A stretch of DNA of 32,000 nucleotides from Candidatus Saccharimonadota bacterium (GTDB taxonomy: Bacteria; Bacteroidota; Bacteroidia; Cytophagales; Amoebophilaceae), in assembly GCF_964030745.1 (NCBI RefSeq), contig NZ_OZ034918.1, forward strand, positions 630,001-662,000, read 5' to 3'. The stretch's first letter is position 1. The number at the start of each line of letters is the position of its first letter. This document shows, in pieces, positions 9,355 through 17,169 of the stretch. The notes below the pieces were generated by a model that was not told the DNA's origin, made no database searches, and worked only from the letters and a program-made list of their open reading frames with translations. A program made the position numbers and the translations under genes.

Positions 9355-9646
9355 TGGCTATTCCCGGGTATCCATTCATCACTATGGCTACGTTTTTCTG
9401 AAAAAGTAAATGGCTGACCAATTAACAGCCCCGCGTCTCCTTCGATAAAAAATGGCGCTCTAGTAAAACGCTAACACCTGAGCGATATGTTTTTTCAGCG
9501 GATTAGAAAATCGTTTGTTTGAAGCCCGCTTGCGGGCTGAGTTCACGATTTTCCCGCTGAAAAACATATCGATTCAGCTATTTACTATCGGGCCAGACTT
9601 TTTATCGAAGGAGATAAGTGGACCAGCCACAGGCGTGAATAGATAC
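9355..9646. repeat. Composite repeat cluster 1: T(rev) + L + P1-A + flank + T(fwd)
   Basis: Matches modules found again at 14331-15240 and 30026-30423. T motifs lie at 9368-9387 (reverse) and 9627-9646 (forward). Confidence 0.85.
9437..9613 (+). repeat. P1 palindromic element, copy A (about 177 bp)
   Basis: Terminal inverted repeats are CTCCTTCGATAAAAA...TTTTTATCGAAGGAG. The centre is GAAGCCCGCTTGCGGGCT. The two arms are imperfectly complementary over about 85 nt. Copy C differs from it at about 7 positions by eye. Confidence 0.9.
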
Positions 9647-9746
9647 ATTCCCAACTTAAGCACTACAAAAGTTTATAACAACAGTTTAATAAATTAGATA
9701 AATATAAATTTATTTTTACCATAAAATAGCTGTAATTTAGTCCCCT

Positions 9747-10400
9747 ATGAGGAGGATGATCATTTTAGCTTTGTATTTTTTAATTGGGCAGGGTAGTGCT
9801 ATGGCATTGCCTGGCCGTTTTAGTGCTGAATGTTCTCCTGCTTACGCTACCAATAGGGTCTATAGCCAAATGCATCCCCCCCCCTATGATAAAGGAGGCG
9901 CACTAAGGATACACTTTGGCGGTGCCTATCATTTCGCACTACAGGAGCATTGTAGTCTTAGTGTAGGCCTTTCTTATGCCTTAGGTCATATTGCATTAGG
10001 GCGTGACGTTGATGGGGCAGGCCCCTCTACATATGAGGCCTATTTTTTACCCTATGTATGGGTACCTGTTTTATGTAGACTGTATACCAGCGAGTTGATG
10101 ATTGATACCAGTATCTATTTTAAGCTAGGCATCATACCCTCTATCAATCTTCCTGTTAGAGCTACTGCACCATCCTCTTCCATTCGATCCGCTTTTTTAA
10201 CTAAGCGGCCGTTGGGCTGTTTTATTCTTTTGGGTGGGGGGGTAAAATATGATTTTAGTCTAACCAATAGCCTTGCTTTGGGGCTCAGTTATTGTTGGGA
10301 TTTGCCTGGTGTCATGTATAAAAAAGATCCAAATAATGAACTGATAGCGTGTTATTGTCACAATAACTTTATTTGCCTGGATATCTGTTGCTTATTTTAA
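9747..10400 (+). CDS. Hypothetical porin-like outer-membrane beta-barrel protein (PorT/OMP_b-brl_2-like)
   Basis: 217 aa with a signal peptide (MRRMIILALYFLIGQGSAMA). Gly/aromatic-rich amphipathic strands are present (RIHFGGAYHF, SVGLSYALGHI, GGGVKYDFSL, ALGLSYCW), and the last residue is Phe. The family assignment is tentative. Confidence 0.5.
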   Translation: MRRMIILALYFLIGQGSAMALPGRFSAECSPAYATNRVYSQMHPPPYDKGGALRIHFGGAYHFALQEHCSLSVGLSYALGHIALGRDVDGAGPSTYEAYFLPYVWVPVLCRLYTSELMIDTSIYFKLGIIPSINLPVRATAPSSSIRSAFLTKRPLGCFILLGGGVKYDFSLTNSLALGLSYCWDLPGVMYKKDPNNELIACYCHNNFICLDICCLF

Positions 10401-10535
10401 TAGCATATGTATGTAGCATGATGCTAAACATCAACAGATCTCTATGGCTCAAGGCTCACTATAGTAGATAGCAAGCCTGTAGCATATGCCAAAGCAGCCT
10501 GAAAAAATGGCTAAATCTTTTTTAAATTATATATT

Positions 10536-11582
10536 ATGAAGTTATCCAATTTTAAGTTTGAGCTACCAGCGAGCAGCATTGCACAATATCCGATAGAGGA
10601 AAAGGAAGATGCGCGTTTAATGGTTGTACATAAAGATAGTGGCAAAATAGAGCATAAAACCTTTAAAGACCTTCCTGCTTATTTTAGTGAAGGGGATACT
10701 TTAGTGGTCAACGATTCTAAGGTATTGCCTTGTAAGCTTTATGGCTGTAAAGAAAAAACAAATGCACAAGTAGAAGTGCTTTTATTGCGGAAATTGAACG
10801 ATGAGCATGGCTTATGGGATACTATTGTCGAGCCAGCACGTAAAATCCGTATAGGGAATAAAATTTACTTTGGAGATGGCGAGTTGGTAGCTGAAATTAT
10901 AGACAATACGACTTCCAGGGGTCGCACCCTTAAATTGTTGTTTGACAGGACAGAAGAGGAATTTTATGCACTGATTAATGAAATTGGTCATATGCCTTTA
11001 CCCCATCAGATAGGGCGCCCATCCAAAGCGGAAGACCGGGAATACTATCAGACCATATTTGCGCAAAACATAGGTAGTATTGTGTTACCAGCTGCTGGGC
11101 TCCACTTTACCCCTTATTTGTTGAAGTATTTAGCCTTGCAGAACATTTCGGTTGTACCGATTACGCTCCATATTGGTTTGGGTGAACTCAGTATCATTGA
11201 TATGGAAGACTTAACCAAGGTAAGGGCTTCCTCTGAACGTTTTGTGATTACCAAGGAAGCTACACAAGTAGTCAATCAGAGCTTGCATCATCATAAAAAA
11301 GTTTGTGCTGTAGGCACTTCAGTGTTAAGGGCTATGGAATCTTCTGTTTCCGTTTCTTGCCAACTCAAAGAAGCCAGTGACTGGACTAATAAATTTATTT
11401 TACCTTCTTATACTTTTAAAGTTTGCAATGCATTATTGACCACATTTCATCTTCCTTCTTCTATTTCTTTAGTCAGCGTAGCTGCTTTTGGAGGAGAGGA
11501 GTTGATCTTAACTGCTTATGCCGAAGCTATAAAAGAAGGGTATCGGTTTTTCTTGTATGGCGACTCTATGTTGATTATATAA
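10536..11582 (+). CDS. queA: S-adenosylmethionine:tRNA ribosyltransferase-isomerase
   Basis: 348 aa. N-terminus MKLSNFKFELPASSIAQYP...R(E/D)DARLMV, plus ...LVVNDSKVLP..., ...GHMPLP..., AAGLHFT, AVGTSVLRAMES and YRFFLYGDSMLI, all typical of QueA. Confidence 0.95.
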   Translation: MKLSNFKFELPASSIAQYPIEEKEDARLMVVHKDSGKIEHKTFKDLPAYFSEGDTLVVNDSKVLPCKLYGCKEKTNAQVEVLLLRKLNDEHGLWDTIVEPARKIRIGNKIYFGDGELVAEIIDNTTSRGRTLKLLFDRTEEEFYALINEIGHMPLPHQIGRPSKAEDREYYQTIFAQNIGSIVLPAAGLHFTPYLLKYLALQNISVVPITLHIGLGELSIIDMEDLTKVRASSERFVITKEATQVVNQSLHHHKKVCAVGTSVLRAMESSVSVSCQLKEASDWTNKFILPSYTFKVCNALLTTFHLPSSISLVSVAAFGGEELILTAYAEAIKEGYRFFLYGDSMLII

Positions 11583-11641
11583 ATGGCAATATGTTGGAAG
11601 GGATCTCAAGCAGCCGATCAAGTTATAAGTTTATTCTATTT

Positions 11642-14278
11642 ATGATGATAATGGTAGATACAAATATCAAAAAAGTTAAGCGTTGGTTATGCCTCTTCTG
11701 TTTATGTATAGGATGGGCACAGCCTATCTTTGGTGCAACGGGTTATACTGTACGCAACATTCAGGTAGTGGGTAATGCGTGGGTAGCTTCTGACCGGTTG
11801 ATTGCGCTTTCTGGTTTGCAAGAAGGCGCAATGGTTGATCCATCAACTGGACAAATTCGTAATGCTATTTTAAAAATAGCCAAACAGGAGGGTGTTAAAT
11901 CTGCTTCCATTTATCTGTCTGAGGTTGACCAAGCAAATGGTTTAGCCACTTTTGTTATTCATGTAGAGGAATATCCCCGACTAACCAGCTATCTTTTAGA
12001 AGGTTTAACTAAAAAAGAGCAAAAAATGCTGCTTGAAAAAGTCACCATAGGTGATTGTGTGGCGCTATCTCCGATTTTTCTTCAAAAAACTACTGATAAG
12101 ATTAAAAACATATTTCTAGAGAAAGGGTTTAGAGAGGTAGAGGTTGCTACAGAGTTGATGCCAAGTCAGAAAATGGATCATCAAGCTGCTTTAAAGATTA
12201 AGGTCAATAAAGGGCAAAAAAGCAGGGTGCAGAAAATTATTTTTGAGGGGAATGACCATTTAGATGCTGATTGCTTGATATATCATATGAAAGAATTGCA
12301 AGAAGCGCCTCATTGTACACTTTTCCAGGATATTTTTAAGAAAATCATTACGCTTGCACCCATCCGAAAAGGTGGTATTCTGTTGCAGTTGCCTAAAAAG
12401 ATGGATGATATCAAACAGTATCTTTGTAGCCATGTTTCTTTTTTCTCATCTGTTTTTACAGAAGAAAAATACTTAAAAGCCAAAGAGAACTTAATGCTTT
12501 TTTATCGATCACAAGGGTTTCGAGATGCATATATTGCAGCAGAGCGTTTGCAACCATCTACCGATGGAAAGCTGGATATTTATTTAAAGATTAATGAGGG
12601 GAAACCATACATGATTCGCCATGTTAAATGGGTTGGCAATTATCTCTATAGTGACGAAACACTCAATAGGTTGTTAAACTTGCAGGAAGGAAAAATATAT
12701 GACCCTTGCTATATTAAAAGTCGATTGAGTCCTGGGATTACAGATGTAACGATTAGTGATTTGTATACCAATAATGGGTATCTTTTTTTCCGAGCTGAAG
12801 TTGTTGAGTCTAGTATAGAAGATAATCAGATAGATCTAGAAATTAGAATCCAAGAGGGGAAGCAGGCTACTATTCGTCAAATAGATATTGTAGGCAATAC
12901 TTTGACCCATGATTATGTTATTCGTCGTGCACTACTCACATTACCTGGGGAGCAATATAACCAAGGTCTTGTACGAGAGTCTTTACGAAACTTAGCCATG
13001 TTAAACTTATTTAAGCCGGAAAAATTAATCCCAGATATACACCCAGATGAATCTAAAGGGCAAGTAGATATTATTTATTCGGTAGAGGAGCAACCTCGGT
13101 TCGATCTTAAGCTTAATGCCCATTATAGCAATGGGATTGTAGCTGGGATTGAGCTTGGCTCTAATAATGTTTCTTTAAAAAACTTATTTTCAGGTAAAAT
13201 GCCTATAGGAGCTGCTCAGGAATTGCACTTATCAGCTGAACTGAGTGGTAAGCATTATAAAAATTTTAGTTTCTCTTTTCAAGAACCTTGGTTCTGGTTG
13301 CAGGAAAATCATTATATATTTTCCGTAAGCTTCAATAGTGCCTATCAACAAGCATCTTATACGAGAAAGAGTGTATTAGATGACTGGGTCTTCTTAAACA
13401 TATTCCCAATCTGGAAACAAAATAGAAAAGGTAAAATTTGCTCAATAGGTGGTCGAGTAAGTTTGGGGAAGCATATTGCTAGATATTGGGAGGTTCATTT
13501 GGGCATAGATTACCACCACCATACTTACCAATACTATGAGCTATTAGCAGATCATAGTAAAAGGTCTGGGGGCTTGCATGATCTTACTTTAGACGTTGCA
13601 TTGAATTATTCTAGTATCAATAATCCAAATTACCCTACTAGTGGAGCTTCTTGGTCTAATTTTTTAACCTTGACACCTCCCTATACTTTGTGTGGTTATC
13701 TACCTTCGGTAGCAACAGCCATACCACGTTTTAAGGAGTTTGGAAAGTTTATAACAGATGTATATTATTTTAAACGTTTGGTAGGTAATTGTGTTTTACA
13801 TTTTCGTGGCCATGCTGGATTTTTACATAGTCTGTCTAAACATGAAATAGGCCCTTTTGAGCGATTTTATCTAGGTGGAACATCAAATATTCCCACTAAA
13901 CTATTAGGTGTTAATTTTGTTTCGTTGCGTGGTTATCCAGATGACAGCCTTACGCCAGAAGATTACGCTAAAAAGATAAAAGGGGGCGTTTTATTTAATA
14001 AGTTTGTTTCAGAGTTGCGTTATCCACTTATGCTTGCACCTATTTGTTGCTATCTATTGGGATTTGTAGAGGTAGGAGATAGTTGGCTGCACTATGACCA
14101 TTTCAACCTATCTAATTTAAAAAAATCTATAGGTGGTGGTGTGCGTATTATTTTGCCTATTCCTATTATACCTATGCTTGGGCTTGACTTTGCCTATAGA
14201 TTGGATCCTGTAAAAGAGATCCGTAGTGCTAAAAGTTCTTTTGAATGTCATTTCACCCTTGGGCCTAGTATGCGCTAG
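11642..14278 (+). CDS. bamA: Outer membrane protein assembly factor BamA
   Basis: Track ORF 11423..14278. The 5' part overlaps the queA 3' end and begins at TTG. In-frame ATGs at 11591 and 11642 precede a signal peptide (KKVKRWLCLFCLCIGWAQPIFG). POTRA-like repeats follow (RNIQVVGN..., IIFEGNDHL, VKWVGNYLYSDETL, IDIVGNTLTHDYVIRR), then a C-terminal Omp85 barrel (FYLGG..., LRGY..., GGGVRI). Confidence 0.9.
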   Translation: MMIMVDTNIKKVKRWLCLFCLCIGWAQPIFGATGYTVRNIQVVGNAWVASDRLIALSGLQEGAMVDPSTGQIRNAILKIAKQEGVKSASIYLSEVDQANGLATFVIHVEEYPRLTSYLLEGLTKKEQKMLLEKVTIGDCVALSPIFLQKTTDKIKNIFLEKGFREVEVATELMPSQKMDHQAALKIKVNKGQKSRVQKIIFEGNDHLDADCLIYHMKELQEAPHCTLFQDIFKKIITLAPIRKGGILLQLPKKMDDIKQYLCSHVSFFSSVFTEEKYLKAKENLMLFYRSQGFRDAYIAAERLQPSTDGKLDIYLKINEGKPYMIRHVKWVGNYLYSDETLNRLLNLQEGKIYDPCYIKSRLSPGITDVTISDLYTNNGYLFFRAEVVESSIEDNQIDLEIRIQEGKQATIRQIDIVGNTLTHDYVIRRALLTLPGEQYNQGLVRESLRNLAMLNLFKPEKLIPDIHPDESKGQVDIIYSVEEQPRFDLKLNAHYSNGIVAGIELGSNNVSLKNLFSGKMPIGAAQELHLSAELSGKHYKNFSFSFQEPWFWLQENHYIFSVSFNSAYQQASYTRKSVLDDWVFLNIFPIWKQNRKGKICSIGGRVSLGKHIARYWEVHLGIDYHHHTYQYYELLADHSKRSGGLHDLTLDVALNYSSINNPNYPTSGASWSNFLTLTPPYTLCGYLPSVATAIPRFKEFGKFITDVYYFKRLVGNCVLHFRGHAGFLHSLSKHEIGPFERFYLGGTSNIPTKLLGVNFVSLRGYPDDSLTPEDYAKKIKGGVLFNKFVSELRYPLMLAPICCYLLGFVEVGDSWLHYDHFNLSNLKKSIGGGVRIILPIPIIPMLGLDFAYRLDPVKEIRSAKSSFECHFTLGPSMR

Positions 14279-14358
14279 GAGAGGGGGGAGATTATAACTA
14301 TTCGATACCTATATTATATGCAATCAAATGGCTGGCCGCCTGTGGCTGGTCCCCTTAT

Positions 14359-14525
14359 CTCCTTCGATAAAAAGTCTGGCCCGATAGTAAATAGCTGCAT
14401 CGATATCTTTTTCAGCGGGAAAATCGTGAACTCAGCCCGCTTCGCGTGCTTCACACAGACGATTTTCTAATCCGCTGAAAAAGATATCGCTCAGGTGTTC
14501 GTGTTTTACTAGAGCGCCATTTTTT
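14359..14525 (-). repeat. P1 palindromic element, copy B (reverse orientation; one terminus truncated, centre diverged)
   Basis: Begins CTCCTTCGATAAAAAGTCTGGCCCGATAGTAAATAGCTG..., which is the reverse complement of the right arm of copy A. It ends ...TAGAGCGCCATTTTTT without the ATCGAAGGAG terminus and abuts a reverse T motif (14526-14545). Confidence 0.85.
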
Positions 14526-14563
14526 GTATCTATTCACGTCACTGGTTAATAATGAATTGTATT

Positions 14564-14589
14564 CCACTTTTTTCTTGATAAAAAAGTGG
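14564..14589. repeat. Module H hairpin (10-bp stem CCACTTTTTT/AAAAAAGTGG, 6-nt loop)
   Basis: Perfect inverted repeat, read directly. The same module in reverse lies at 20533-20558, with identical flanks (GAATTGTATT / ACAAAAAATCAAG). Confidence 0.85.
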
Positions 14590-14602
14590 ACAAAAAATCA
14601 AG

Positions 14603-14738
14603 CCCTCGGTAAAAAGTTGGGGACCTCATCCCTTACAGATGGAAAAACAGAAGTCGCCCGCTGCGCGGGCTTCAAAGGAATCTGTTTTTCCTAATCATCT
14701 GCAAGGGATGAGGCCTATTTCCCCACTTTTTACAGGGG
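14603..14738 (+). repeat. P2 palindromic element, copy 1 (about 136 bp)
   Basis: CCCTCGGTAAAAAGTTGG...CAGAAGTCGCCCGCTGCGCGGGCTTCAAAGG...CCACTTTTTACAGGGG. The arms are complementary with a few bulges. The central stem is GCCCGC-TGC-GCGGGC. Confidence 0.9.
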
Positions 14739-14825
14739 CATTTTTCTACTATGGACATAGCGTTAAACGCATACGCTACGTTTGGCTGAAAAAGCAAGTG
14801 GCTAGTCCATTACCAGCCCCCGCGT

Positions 14826-15002
14826 CTCCTTCGATAAAAAAATGGCGCTCTAGTAAAACACTAACACCTGAGCGATATCTTTTTCAGCGGATTAGAAAAT
14901 CGTCTGTTTGAAGCCCGCTTGCGGGCTGAGTTCACGATTTTCCCGCTGAAAAATGTATCGATTCAGCTATTTACTATCGGGCCAGACTTTTTATCGAAGG
15001 AG
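14826..15002 (+). repeat. P1 palindromic element, copy C
   Basis: Full-length with both termini (CTCCTTCGATAAAAAAA ... TTTTTATCGAAGGAG). It is preceded by module L (14775-14825) and followed by ATAAGGCGGCCAGCCAGAGG plus T (15016-15035). Confidence 0.9.
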
Positions 15003-15044
15003 ATAAGGCGGCCAGCCAGAGGCGTGAATGGATACAAAATCAAG

Positions 15045-15180
15045 CCCTCGGTAAAAAGTTCCGGAACCCACCCCTTGCAGATGAAAAAACAGAAGTCGCC
15101 CGCTGCGCGGGCTTCAAAGGAATCTGTTTTTCCTAATCATCTGCAAGGGGTGGGTTCTATTTCGAAACTTTTTACAGGGG
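15045..15180 (+). repeat. P2 palindromic element, copy 2
   Basis: Same termini and centre as copy 1. It contains a perfect 20-bp stem, GAACCCACCCCTTGCAGATG / CATCTGCAAGGGGTGGGTTC. A T motif (15197-15216) and a P1 terminal fragment (15216-15235) follow. Confidence 0.9.
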
Positions 15181-15425
15181 CATTTTATCACTATGGCCAT
15201 AGTGTTGAACAGATACCATTTTTTTATCGAAGGAGATAAGGGGCTGATAATGATCAGAAAAGCTATTGTGGCCGCCGATAAAGGAATGCGGCGCTTCAGT
15301 AAAGCGGAAGTCTTTAAACAATCTATTTTCAGGGAAGAAAAGTAAGCAAAAAATCTCCAAAAAATGCAGTCCATTATACCTGTAAACACCAGAAACAAGG
15401 AATCCACACTATATAGCCTTCAAGT

Positions 15426-16520
15426 TTAAACCAAATCAACAATTATTTTAGCTATTTTATCCTGGGCATTAGCATGTAATGTAGTAAAAGGTGCCATGCG
15501 TTTGACAAGTTCTAGTTGTTGCGTTTCATCATTAAGTAATTCTATTACCTTGGGGATCAGTAAAAATGGACACTCCTGGTCTGTAATATGCACCACCGCT
15601 CCCTGAGCAGCCAATGGTAAGCTATTCTTAGTTTGATGGTCTCCTACTACATTGGATGATGGTACTAAAATGGTTGGCTTGCCTCTTACACAAAGCTCTG
15701 CAATAGATAAAGCACCAGCTCTAGAAATCACAATATCTGCTGCCGCATAAGCCATTTCCATATTGCTTAAAAATGGATAACATTTTATATGGCGATAGTC
15801 TTTCATCGCCTTTTTAATAGGCGCAAAATAGCGCTCGCCGGTTACCCATATCACTTGTATATCTAGGGAAGACAACTGCGCACTCCATTCTAAAAAGGTT
15901 GTGTTCAACATGCTTGCGCCCCCACTTCCACCTACCACTAGTAGACACTTTTTGTTCTGAAAGGCAGAAAAACTAAAATATTCAAGCGCATCCATTCGGT
16001 CTTCTTGGAAGGTACAAAGCGATGATCGTATGGGATTGCCTGTAAAGATTATTTTTTCTTTTGCACAAGGCAAAAAAACATCTTGATAGCCTGTACAAAC
16101 CTTATCCACAAACCTAGCCAGTAGCTTATTAGCCAACCCAGCAACGCTATTTTGTTCTTGAATCAAGGTGGGGATCCGCTGCATAGCAGCTACAAAGAGG
16201 GTGGGAAAAGAGGCATACCCCCCTGTTCCAATAACCACATCGGGTTTAAATGATTTAATAATAGATCTTGCTTGATAGAAGCTTTTTAGAAGCAGAAAGG
16301 GCAACAATAGATTTTTAAAGATTTTACGTCTTTGAAATCCCTTTATACTAATCCGCTGAATCGGATAACCAGCAGCAACTACTAATCCTACCTCCTTTCC
16401 CCCTTTGGCTCCTACAAACAAGAACACTGCATCGGGAGCCCTTCGCTTAATGCCATCAGCAATAGCTATAGCAGGATAAATATGTCCCCCAGTACCGCCA
16501 CAACCTATTAAAACACGCAT
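15426..16520 (-). CDS. murG: UDP-N-acetylglucosamine--N-acetylmuramyl-(pentapeptide) pyrophosphoryl-undecaprenol GlcNAc transferase
   Basis: 364 aa. MRVLIGCGGTGGHIYPAIAIA (G-loop), GTGGYASFP, LLVVGGSGGA and ISRAGALSIAEL are classic MurG motifs. Confidence 0.95.
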   Translation of the reverse strand: MRVLIGCGGTGGHIYPAIAIADGIKRRAPDAVFLFVGAKGGKEVGLVVAAGYPIQRISIKGFQRRKIFKNLLLPFLLLKSFYQARSIIKSFKPDVVIGTGGYASFPTLFVAAMQRIPTLIQEQNSVAGLANKLLARFVDKVCTGYQDVFLPCAKEKIIFTGNPIRSSLCTFQEDRMDALEYFSFSAFQNKKCLLVVGGSGGASMLNTTFLEWSAQLSSLDIQVIWVTGERYFAPIKKAMKDYRHIKCYPFLSNMEMAYAAADIVISRAGALSIAELCVRGKPTILVPSSNVVGDHQTKNSLPLAAQGAVVHITDQECPFLLIPKVIELLNDETQQLELVKRMAPFTTLHANAQDKIAKIIVDLV

Positions 16521-16526
16521 AAAGTA

Positions 16527-17093
16527 TTATAATGGATTAGCCCCTAAAGCTGGCTCTTGCTTGATCTCTACTGTTCCATTAGGCGCAGCAACGGTATACT
16601 TGGTTAAATCCCTTGTAGCACGAAACCCACTTCCTTTTAACACATGCTCTTTATCTGTTATTACAATGGGCAATTCTGTAAATATTATTTCTTGCTTTGT
16701 ATCGTACCATAATTGCTCTGTTTGAATAGTTAAGGAGTGTTCTGGCTTACAAATCAGGACATTGCCTGCTAGCATGCAAAGATTCTGTGCTTTGTTGTAA
16801 GAAAGCTTATCAGCTTGGATCTTTATAGGTCCCGCCTCTTTGTCAAATGTATTGCCCAATAAAACAATGGTGACGCTGCCTGCCAATGTTACATTGCCAT
16901 TCTTGTATTGGCGCATCTCACCTGCCTGAATGGTTATATCTAACCTACCCCTTTCTGTACCCAATAACTCAAATTGAGTCGTCTCTAATAAGGGAACCTC
17001 GTCTTGATCATCTGCATATAGTGGGGTATACCAACCTATTACCATAAAGCAAAATAACCCTATAAGCCCATTACATCTATACATACACTTCAA
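16527..17093 (-). CDS. LptC/OstA-like periplasmic LPS-export protein (tentative)
   Basis: 188 aa with an N-terminal anchor (GLIGLFCFMVIGWY). The repetitive beta-jellyroll pattern is typical of LptC: ...AGEMRQYKNGNVTLAGSVTI...IQADKLSYNKAQNLCMLAGNVLI...TEQLWYDTKQEIIFT...VLKGSGFRATRDLTKYTV. It ends 6 nt upstream of the murG start, so the two are probably co-transcribed. Confidence 0.5.
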   Translation of the reverse strand: MKCMYRCNGLIGLFCFMVIGWYTPLYADDQDEVPLLETTQFELLGTERGRLDITIQAGEMRQYKNGNVTLAGSVTIVLLGNTFDKEAGPIKIQADKLSYNKAQNLCMLAGNVLICKPEHSLTIQTEQLWYDTKQEIIFTELPIVITDKEHVLKGSGFRATRDLTKYTVAAPNGTVEIKQEPALGANPL

Positions 17094-17169
17094 AAACGAG
17101 GTTCTTGCTAATCTATACTATTCTATTCAAGAATAGTATAGATCAGCCAACAGAAGAGTTAAAAAGGAC

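Larger units (their letters stand above)
14331..15240. repeat. Composite repeat cluster 2, a nest filling most of the convergent bamA/murG spacer: P1-B(rev, truncated), T, H, P2-1, T-like, L, P1-C, T, P2-2, T, P1 end fragment
   Basis: Module-by-module matches to clusters 1, 3 and 4; see the individual entries. Confidence 0.9.

Noticed and set aside
9515-9697. Track ORFs 9515..9697, 14919..15239 and 30178..30378 share the peptide FEARLRAEFTIFPLKNISIQLFTIGP, which could suggest a conserved small protein family.
   Set aside because: The shared peptide is only the translation of the near-identical P1 nucleotide repeat. The ORFs start and end at different places outside the core. The reversed copy B is not open in the same frame, and no ribosome-binding context is evident. 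They are treated as repeat artefacts.
11423-11641. N-terminal 73-aa extension of the bamA ORF, overlapping the queA 3' end.
   Set aside because: It starts at TTG inside queA and has no signal-peptide character. The in-frame ATG cluster at 11642 immediately precedes a canonical signal peptide.
14639-14911. 90-aa ORF spanning P2 copy 1, module L and the start of P1 copy C.
   Set aside because: It lies wholly inside the repeat modules and its sequence is explained by them. Its composition is low-complexity and basic, typical of translated AT-rich palindromes.
14331-15240. Possible CRISPR array, because of multiple repeated units in one intergenic region.
   Set aside because: The units are 136-177 bp long, internally palindromic, in mixed orientation, irregularly spaced and dispersed to three other loci. 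There are no short direct repeats with unique spacers and no cas genes in the window.
15114-15407. Minus-strand ORFs 15114..15407 and 15172..15360, and a 31-codon plus-strand ORF 15250..15345 (MIRKAIVAADKGMRRFSKAEVFKQSIFREEK), between the repeat nest and murG.
   Set aside because: The first two overlap repeat modules and each other. The small ORF has no recognisable motif. None has support beyond being open, although the small ORF could be a gene remnant.
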